Assembly: GCA_029856435.1 (NCBI GenBank)
Contig: JAHQXB010000124.1
Coordinates: forward strand, 1 to 12,967
DNA from: Candidatus Jordarchaeia archaeon
GTDB lineage: Archaea; Asgardarchaeota; Jordiarchaeia; Jordiarchaeales; Jordiarchaeaceae
DNA: 12,967 nucleotides
Direction: 5' to 3'
Below the pieces are notes generated by a model, which saw only the letters and a list, made by a program, of their open reading frames with translations, did no database searches and was not told the origin of the DNA. Shown here piece by piece: positions 7,959 through 12,967 of this stretch. Numbering within the stretch: the first letter of the stretch is position 1; every line of letters begins with the position of its first letter. Position numbers and translations under genes: made by a program.

Positions 7959-8614
7959 TTGTCTTCAATACTTACCAGTAGGTGATGCAGATTTATTCGG
8001 TTCCATCTCCCTAGTAAGGCTCCAAATCGTGAAAGAAGCCCTATAAACACCCCCTTTTTGAGGCGAAACCGAACAATTCTACATCACCCTTACCAGTAAA
8101 GGAATAGCCATATTTCTAGTAGCACTATTGGCAGGAGTTGGTGTGGGCACCTTCATCATTGCTCCAGTTGTGAACAGTAGCCAATAGCAGCAACAGAACC
8201 TAATTTTGGCTTATATTTTTGGTCAAGCGTCCGGCTCACTATACATTCCCGGTTCAACAGCGGTGCTACCGATAACAACTGAGATGGCTCCTGCCTTCAC
8301 AGCCCGGAATCCATTCATCACTATCCAAGCAGCGGGAGGAGGCTCAGGTGCAGGATACAGTGCAATAATTAAACCAGCAAACAGACATTGCAGCGGCGTG
8401 TAGAGAGCCGAAAAGCTCAGAAATTGCCAGCGCCACCGCAGCTGGTGTAAAACTCATAACATTGATTATTGGCGCAGACACAATAGTTGTAATCTACAAT
8501 TATCCCGCCTTGTCTGAAGGGAACTTAACTAGAGCACAGGTAGGACAGATATTTAATGCCTAGGCGAAAGGAACCGGACACGTTTATTGGGATGATTATG
8601 TACCGGGAGCTCTA
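7959..8614 (+). pseudogene. pstS: Phosphate ABC transporter substrate-binding protein (PstS) pseudogene, 5' portion only
   Basis: RBS GAGGAG then TTG at 7959. Removing 7981..8098 gives in-frame MSSILTSKGIAIFLVALLAGVGVGTFIIAP (signal/anchor helix), then TAG 8185 within a Gln run, then GSTAVLPI..AGGGSGAG, a +1 frameshift at ~8371, QTDIAAACREPKSSE..IGADTIVVIYN..LTRAQVGQIFN, TAG 8561, and truncation at the MITE. ORF 8206..8403 is a fragment of it. Confidence 0.85.
7981..8088. mobile_element. 108-bp MITE (family 1) with imperfect terminal inverted repeats and a 10-bp target-site duplication
   Basis: Left end GGTGATGCAGATTTATTCGGTT versus reverse complement of right end GGTGATGTAGAATTGTTCGGTT (19/22). 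Flanked by perfect CTTACCAGTA at 7971..7980 and 8089..8098. Excision restores the pstS reading frame. Confidence 0.88.
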
Positions 8615-8744
8615 TAGAGTTTCTCATTAATTTTTTCCTAAACCTATCCTTAACCAAGGTTATTTAAGGCTTCTTTCCCCAAAAAAAGGCGGAAAAAATC
8701 ATGTTCCCTGAAAACGAAAAGGAAAAAATTAATTGGAAAGTCTA
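8615..8744. mobile_element. 130-bp MITE (family 2, copy A), TA-flanked, IS630/Tc1-like
   Basis: TIRs TAGAGTTTCTCATTAATTTTTTCCT versus rc TAGACTTTCCAATTAATTTTTTCCT (22/25); TA on both sides (8613-14, 8745-46); about 85% identical to 10786..10914 (19 differences in 131 columns by manual alignment). The IS630 assignment is inferred from the TA flanks only. Confidence 0.85.
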
Positions 8745-8746
8745 TA

Positions 8747-8998
8747 CCGGAGGTTTCTTCTCTTCATCCCGTAGTTGGAGTACGATGTCCACCAGTTAGT
8801 CTGTTCTACCCATGGATTTCTCAGATTCTTCACATATTAAGAGATCATCTATGTTGCTGTTTGTCTTTGCTTCCCCACGGGCCACTGAGCCGAAAATAAC
8901 AACCGAAACCAGTTTCTCTCCAAACCTCGCAATCAAAAGCTCGATGAGCCTCCGAACTGTCCACCGATACTCCTCTTGGGGAATGGCCTTAATCCCAT
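8747..8998 (-). pseudogene. Minimal nucleotidyltransferase (MNT, MNT-HEPN antitoxin-type) remnant, 3'-truncated by a MITE
   Basis: Minus frame GIKAIPQEEYRWTVRRLIELLIARFGEKLVSVVIFGSVARGEAKTNSNIDDLLI has the GS..RG..S(D)xD MNT motif with D replaced by N. ATG 8998 is one base out of frame, there is an internal TAA at 8798..8796, and the sequence ends at the MITE. No HEPN partner is seen. Confidence 0.72.
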
Positions 8999-9163
8999 AT
9001 CTTAAACAAAACCACTTATAGTATCCGAAAGACTTTCTAAAAAACTTGTAGACATCACAATCATAATGAGAATAAGTCCTTAATTCTAGTTTTGGAAATT
9101 TGGGTGTGGGCAGGGCTTGAGTTTATGCGGTATATTTTTGGGTTGCTATCATCTTTGCGACAA

Positions 9164-10579
9164 TTAGTGGGTTTTTCTGTTACTTGGTGGTCTAGCGATG
9201 AGTTTCTCTACATCTTCTAAGTCATATGCGGAGTGATTTGTGTTTTGGAGTTGGCTTTTGTCTTGTATCTTTTTGGCTATTAGGATGTAGTGTTTCTTTT
9301 TTGTGGATTCTATTTTTTCTGTTTTTGCTTCTAGCTTCTGTAGGGTTGATTCTGCCTCTTTTTGTGAGAGGCTTGCCCAGCTAATTTCTGCAGTGATTAG
9401 TTGGTTGTTGCTGGCTACTATGTCTATTTCTGTTTCTTTATGCCACCATCTGCCCACTTCTAGGAGCGGTTCTCTGATGAGTTTCCTGAGAATGTATTTC
9501 CTACAAATGTTTTCGAAGGTTTCTCCAAGGTAGTTGTTAAACTCTTTTTTGAATTGGGACACGAATGATTCTAGGTTTCCGCTTTCAAGAATTCCCCTGT
9601 TGGGATATACGAAGCGGAACCAGAACCGGAAGTAGTTGTCTGTTATGGTGTATCTTCCTTTTTTTATTCTTGTTTTAGCTTTTATGCTGGAGAATGTGGG
9701 TAGTTCTCTTTCTACTATATTTAGACTTTGGAGAACTGACAGGTATTTGGAAACTAGGCTTTTATCCAGCTCCGTTTCGTTCACTATTTCACCGAAGGAT
9801 TCCTTTCCTGCTGCTATGGCTCTCAGGATAGTGAAGTAGTTTGCGGGTTTCCTCAACTCTTGCTTCAGGAGAATTTCGGCCTCCTCGTAAAGATAGCCTC
9901 CCTTGGAAAAAATGTTCTCAACAAGGTTTTCTTCAAATGTTTTTCTTGAATCAAAGCTTGCAAGGTAGCTCGGCACACCTCCAACCACACTATAAACCTT
10001 AACCAGATCCTCAGTGCTATAATTCGGAAAGAAGCCACCCACACTGAAGAAGTCCATTTCACGCAGCATCCATTGACCGGTTCTCCTACCGTAAAGGGGA
10101 CTCCTATATCCCAGAACCTCTGTTTCCATCATTCCAATGCTTGAACCACAAAGAACCAGAAACACATCCCTACGCTTTGACAGAAAGGCATCCCACAATC
10201 TCTGGAATATGGAAACCACAGGTTTATACCCCTCAATGAGAACTGGAAACTCGTCAATTATCAAAACAATCCTCTCAGACCCCTTACGCTGGAAAAACTC
10301 TTTGAACAGCGTCTCAAAGTCTCTTATATCCGCAAGCCTGAAGAGTTCGTCCCCCAAGTAGTCAGCAAAAAGCATTTTTAAATCTCTAACAGAATCCCAA
10401 GACGGCTTCTCAGTGGCCAAAAAATATATGTGAGGCTTGTTTTGAGCGAAACGCAAAAGAAGAGCTGTTTTTCCTATTCTCCTCCTCCCATAAATCACAA
10501 GGAGCTCCGGCTCACCTGAAGCATATCTCTCCTCCAGAAACTTTAACTCTCTCTCCCTATCAACAAAAAGTTGAAACAT
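9164..10579 (-). CDS. Archaeal P-loop ATPase (ATPase_2-type) with central wHTH and C-terminal DUF234 restriction-endonuclease-like domain, about 471 aa
   Basis: FVDRERE; Walker A YGRRRIGKT; Walker B LIIDEF; LCGSS; SPLYGRRT; VGGVPSYL; DNYFRFWFRFV; GRWW...EIDIVA. ATG 10579 is preferred over TTG 10594 because it sits 30 nt from the TATA box, consistent with a leaderless mRNA. Confidence 0.9.
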   Translation of the reverse strand: MFQLFVDRERELKFLEERYASGEPELLVIYGRRRIGKTALLLRFAQNKPHIYFLATEKPSWDSVRDLKMLFADYLGDELFRLADIRDFETLFKEFFQRKGSERIVLIIDEFPVLIEGYKPVVSIFQRLWDAFLSKRRDVFLVLCGSSIGMMETEVLGYRSPLYGRRTGQWMLREMDFFSVGGFFPNYSTEDLVKVYSVVGGVPSYLASFDSRKTFEENLVENIFSKGGYLYEEAEILLKQELRKPANYFTILRAIAAGKESFGEIVNETELDKSLVSKYLSVLQSLNIVERELPTFSSIKAKTRIKKGRYTITDNYFRFWFRFVYPNRGILESGNLESFVSQFKKEFNNYLGETFENICRKYILRKLIREPLLEVGRWWHKETEIDIVASNNQLITAEISWASLSQKEAESTLQKLEAKTEKIESTKKKHYILIAKKIQDKSQLQNTNHSAYDLEDVEKLIARPPSNRKTH

Positions 10580-10602
10580 GAGTATAATACTCAAGTTTCA
10601 AC
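10570..10602. promoter_or_regulatory. 33-bp near-perfect palindrome over the ATPase start codon and predicted TSS (candidate operator)
   Basis: GTTGAAACATGAGTAT-A-ATACTCAAGTTTCAAC: 16-bp arms, 15/16 complementary, 1-nt centre. Confidence 0.65.
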
Positions 10603-10616
10603 AAATAAACCTTTCC
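10602..10616 (-). promoter_or_regulatory. BRE + TATA promoter of the ATPase gene
   Basis: Minus strand GGAAAGG-TTTATTTG, with the TATA 5' end at 10609, 30 nt before ATG 10579. Confidence 0.55.
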
Positions 10617-10785
10617 AAAATTAAACTAATGCCCCATAGTAATTCGGATAAATTTTTATCATTTCTATTTAGATTTGGCTCAAACCGGGGGTTAAATTCT
10701 TCCCCTTTTTTTGGAAAAGGGGTACGAAAAGGACTGCCCAAATAGGGAAAGCGAAGAAAACGCCAAAAAATTTCATGAACCACCA

Positions 10786-10914
10786 TAGATTTTCTCACTA
10801 ATTTTTTCCTAAACCTCACCTTAACCCGGGGTTATTTAAAGCCTCTTTCCCCAAAAAAAGACGAAAAACCATACTTTCTGAAAGCGAAAAGGAAAAAATT
10901 AAATGGAAAGTCTA
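10786..10914. mobile_element. 129-bp MITE (family 2, copy B), same orientation as copy A
   Basis: TIRs TAGATTTTCTCACTAATTTTTTCCT versus rc TAGACTTTCCATTTAATTTTTTCCT (20/25). The right flank is TA (10915-16, the start of a TnpB Tyr codon) and the left flank is CA. About 85% identical to copy A. Confidence 0.85.
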
Positions 10915-11206
10915 TATACATCCCAAACCTTTCCGAGATGTGGATACATCGGTAAAGAAAACTGGGAGGGCTACACCTATTTCAAATGTATCAAATGCGG
11001 ATACGAAGCAGACAGAGACCGTGTGGCAAGCCTTAACATCGCCCTCAGGGCGGCTCCCAAAGTAGACATCCCCAAACGCTATTTCTGGAGCCAGACTCCT
11101 GAGGAAGGAGCCTCCGTCAGCAGGCTCATCTTGAAGGATGAAGGGTGCAGATGGCATCAAACCACTCAGAGCTTCAAGCCCAAGGATTTATCCGCGGGTA
11201 GCTGAC
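10915..11206 (+). pseudogene. tnpB: TnpB (IS200/IS605/IS607 OrfB) C-terminal remnant: zinc ribbon, RuvC-III and element right end
   Basis: YTSQT(F)PRCG..FKCIKCGYEADRDRVASLNIALR matches the TnpB YTSxxCxxCG..FxCxxCG..DRDxNAAxNI motif, with the first Cys changed to Phe. The N-terminal ~300 aa are missing, and the ATG of ORF 10903 comes from the MITE. Confidence 0.85.
11108..11206 (+). ncRNA. Putative TnpB omega-RNA (reRNA) scaffold core; guide would start at about 11207
   Basis: Hairpin GAGCCT(11108-13)/AGGCTC(11122-27) whose loop GTCAGC(11116-21) is the exact reverse complement of terminal GCTGAC(11201-06), i.e. a pseudoknot. Subterminal hairpin CCCaaGGA-TTTA-TCCgcGGG at 11179..11198. The 5' boundary is unknown. 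Confidence 0.62.
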
Positions 11207-11288
11207 CACTCGGCAATAGTTAAGTTAAACGCCTTATCCTCATTTCACCGTTAGCTGCTCAAGTTATGGTTCGAAAAAAGGCTGAATG

Positions 11289-12053
11289 TTAGATGATATA
11301 TATTCGTGATATGCAGAATGGTTCATATAGCGGTTCTAGTCTGTCGTAGTCCCAGAGGTAATTTGTGAACATACCTAAGTATTGGCAGACGGTTGCTATG
11401 GGTACACATCTTAGCCTGCCGTCATGGCGCTTCAAAAGGTTTTCTTGGTATGCTTTGAGGCAGCCATCCTTGTATGGACAGTTTGGAAATACAATGTCTA
11501 CGCTTCCATCGTTATTTTTCTTGTATCCCACTTTTGAGGGGCAAAATTTTATGGCAGTGGCAACGTCCCGAATATTCTTCAAAAGCTGGTCAATATTGAA
11601 CTCCCACTCTTCGTTCCCTGCATTTCTCTCGATCTTCAAGCCTTTGGCAAAGGATCTTGCCTCGATGGTTGTGCCTGCTCCCGTCTGTCCGTGGAAATCA
11701 TTTTCAGTTTTTGGTTGGGAATAAGGTATTGCTGCGTAGGGAGTGGAGTACCTGTCAGAAATAGATACTAGGTATTCTAGAAGCTGGCTCAATGTTTTAA
11801 TGTCTTTGGGTGGGGGTTCACCGATTTTTTGAGATATGAACTCTAGGGTGTACTTCACGAATTTTTCCGTGAACACTGGGCCGTATATTTTCGCTTCTTC
11901 CTCAATTCCTTTTAGTAGAAACTCTGTGGAGGTGCGGACGTCAGGCAAGTCGTAGGGGGCCTTCTCAAACATTACAAACTCAGACAAGTCGGGCGGTTCA
12001 ACAATTTCCCTTTTCTGAGTAATAATTTTTCCATTGCTACATGAGTTATCCAT
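11289..12053 (-). CDS. Hypothetical protein (about 254 aa) with a Cys-rich C-terminal domain, possibly V4R/methanogen-output-domain-like
   Basis: Long ORF; ATG 12053 preceded by GGAGAG and overlapping the upstream stop (translational coupling); T6 tract after the stop. The Cys pattern FCPS..NCPYKDGC..RC..VC..PFC suggests metal or ligand binding. The domain call is tentative. Confidence 0.7.
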   Translation of the reverse strand: MDNSCSNGKIITQKREIVEPPDLSEFVMFEKAPYDLPDVRTSTEFLLKGIEEEAKIYGPVFTEKFVKYTLEFISQKIGEPPPKDIKTLSQLLEYLVSISDRYSTPYAAIPYSQPKTENDFHGQTGAGTTIEARSFAKGLKIERNAGNEEWEFNIDQLLKNIRDVATAIKFCPSKVGYKKNNDGSVDIVFPNCPYKDGCLKAYQENLLKRHDGRLRCVPIATVCQYLGMFTNYLWDYDRLEPLYEPFCISRIYII

Positions 12054-12543
12054 CAACCAACTCTCCTATGAATGCTTCCATTACAGTTTTACACATTCTC
12101 TCAAAATTACTAAGATAAACCTGAGTCGAATACCACTCCAGCCAATCCCCATTCGTTCCATCCCCATTTTTGCTGGCTTCAAGTTCAATATCTTTAAACG
12201 CCACCTCAACCTCCCCGCACCTCTCAGCACCATAATTACCCACACACACAATTATCCGCTCGGGTACCACAACAACCCCTGAAGGATCCAATGCAATCAT
12301 CCCAGTTCCTTCAACCTCTAGGGCAAAACTTTTCACCCCCTCCAACATTTCCGTTGCCAAATCCAAATTATTGTGAGGCACCCTACGTGAAATGTACCCT
12401 TCTCCCCTCTCTCCAAAAAATATCTGAAAAGAAACCCTTTCCAATTTATAGAGCAGAGACTTAACCATACTCTTTAATGCACCTACCAAGATTTTGGAGG
12501 AAGCCTGTGGGAAACATAACCAGAACCTGTACATACCAATCAC
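12046..12543 (-). CDS. Hypothetical protein, 165 aa (start GTG 12543 or ATG 12534)
   Basis: Open frame with a TATA box (TTTATTAA, 12570..12563) about 30 nt upstream and its stop coupled to the next gene's ATG. I recognise no family motif. Confidence 0.55.
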   Translation of the reverse strand: MIGMYRFWLCFPQASSKILVGALKSMVKSLLYKLERVSFQIFFGERGEGYISRRVPHNNLDLATEMLEGVKSFALEVEGTGMIALDPSGVVVVPERIIVCVGNYGAERCGEVEVAFKDIELEASKNGDGTNGDWLEWYSTQVYLSNFERMCKTVMEAFIGELVDG

Positions 12544-12562
12544 TAATTTTCTAATTTCTCAA

Positions 12563-12576
12563 TTAATAAACTCCCC
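12563..12576 (-). promoter_or_regulatory. Putative BRE/TATA for the two-gene hypothetical operon
   Basis: Minus strand GGGGAG-TTTATTAA, 27-36 nt before the candidate start codons. Confidence 0.4.
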
Positions 12577-12630
12577 TACTAACTATCCGAGCTTAGAGCC
12601 CCCGCAAAAATTATCTAACAATTAGGTGCA

Positions 12631-12704
12631 TTTTGGGCAAAGAAGAAGAGTTCCTATTAACATGGCGTAGCTTATTGTGGGCAAGTTTTTTGGGCAAAGG
12701 AGAA
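12631..12704 (+). repeat. Short direct repeats (TGGGCAA x3) upstream of the tnpA remnant
   Basis: TGGGCAA at 12634, 12678 and 12691; copies 1 and 3 extend to TTTTGGGCAAAG(A/G)AGAA (16/17). Confidence 0.45.
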
Positions 12705-12816
12705 ATCGCGGTTTTAATGGTTAAGTGTTTAAGAAGCAGAGAGATACTAGCCTACGCTAACAGTCCTAAAATAGCGATGTTTAAATAGAATTACGCTGAA
12801 CTACACCCAGATGCCC

Positions 12817-12967
12817 ATGGAGCATTACACAACCCCAAAAGAGACAAAACAACCACTGGGCGTCACGACACAAACCATCCAGAAATAGAACAAACAGAAC
12901 AAGCTACAAACATTCACAACAGCCGGCATTCGAAAACGAAGTGAAATAAAGCAACTTCCCCACACCC
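12817..12967 (+). pseudogene. tnpA: Degenerate IS607-family TnpA (serine recombinase) N-terminal MerR-like HTH; runs off the right edge
   Basis: MEHYTTPKETKQPLGVTTQTIQK*NKQNKLQTFTTAGIRKRSEIKQL follows the IS607 TnpA pattern (PKE..Q.LG...T..W....K....T.GG..R...SEI), with the conserved Trp now TAG (12886-88). TTTAAATA at 12780 is a possible TATA. Not in the ORF track. Confidence 0.65.

Noticed and set aside
7163-10361. ORFs 7163..7357, 8812..9021, 9303..9533, 9636..9839, 9865..10062 and 10137..10361
   Set aside because: Shadows of nurA, the MNT remnant or the ATPase.
10570-10602. GTTGAAAC/GTTTCAAC arms resemble CRISPR repeat ends
   Set aside because: A single inverted pair with a 17-nt interior and no direct-repeat array; better explained as an operator-like palindrome.
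10702-10785. Left flank of MITE copy B as upstream tnpB sequence (W..QIGKAKK..FMN resembles W..IEYKA..VNP), plus hairpin CCCCTTTT/AAAAGGGG at 10702..10722
   Set aside because: The similarity is too weak and the DNA is low-complexity; it cannot be supported without an alignment.
10598-11160. ORFs 10598..10819(-) and 10912..11160(-)
   Set aside because: The first runs out of the MITE through low-complexity intergenic DNA; the second is antisense to the TnpB remnant.
11365-12282. ORFs 11365..11724(+) and 12034..12282(+)
   Set aside because: Antisense shadows of the two hypothetical genes.
10915-12967. tnpB remnant and tnpA remnant as one IS607 element
   Set aside because: The order is wrong (the tnpB right end lies upstream of tnpA on the same strand) and two unrelated genes lie between them.

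Overview
Archaeal genomic window (BRE/TATA promoters, HerA/NurA, archaeal ATPase-DUF234, HAD-ECH fusion); I cannot assign the lineage from sequence alone. All intact genes are on the minus strand: a pyrE-like PRTase, a 3-hydroxyacyl-CoA dehydrogenase/enoyl-CoA hydratase fusion, a nurA-like/herA pair with no mre11/rad50 next to it, an ATPase-DUF234 protein and two hypothetical proteins. Between them lies heavily decayed DNA that the ORF track mostly misses. (i) A multiply frameshifted URO-D/methyltransferase-like pseudogene in which a 37-bp piece of its own coding sequence is perfectly duplicated around a foreign 38-bp insert, the geometry of a CRISPR spacer-acquisition event at a non-CRISPR site. 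(ii) A pstS pseudogene interrupted by a 108-bp MITE (about 22-bp TIRs, 10-bp TSD) and cut off by a 130-bp MITE. (iii) A second copy of the 130-bp MITE 2.2 kb away. (iv) An MNT nucleotidyltransferase remnant. (v) A TnpB 3' remnant with an apparently intact omega-RNA hairpin/pseudoknot. (vi) A degenerate IS607-type tnpA start at the right edge. A near-perfect 33-bp palindrome overlaps the ATPase start codon. All calls come from manual reading and translation; no database searches were run.
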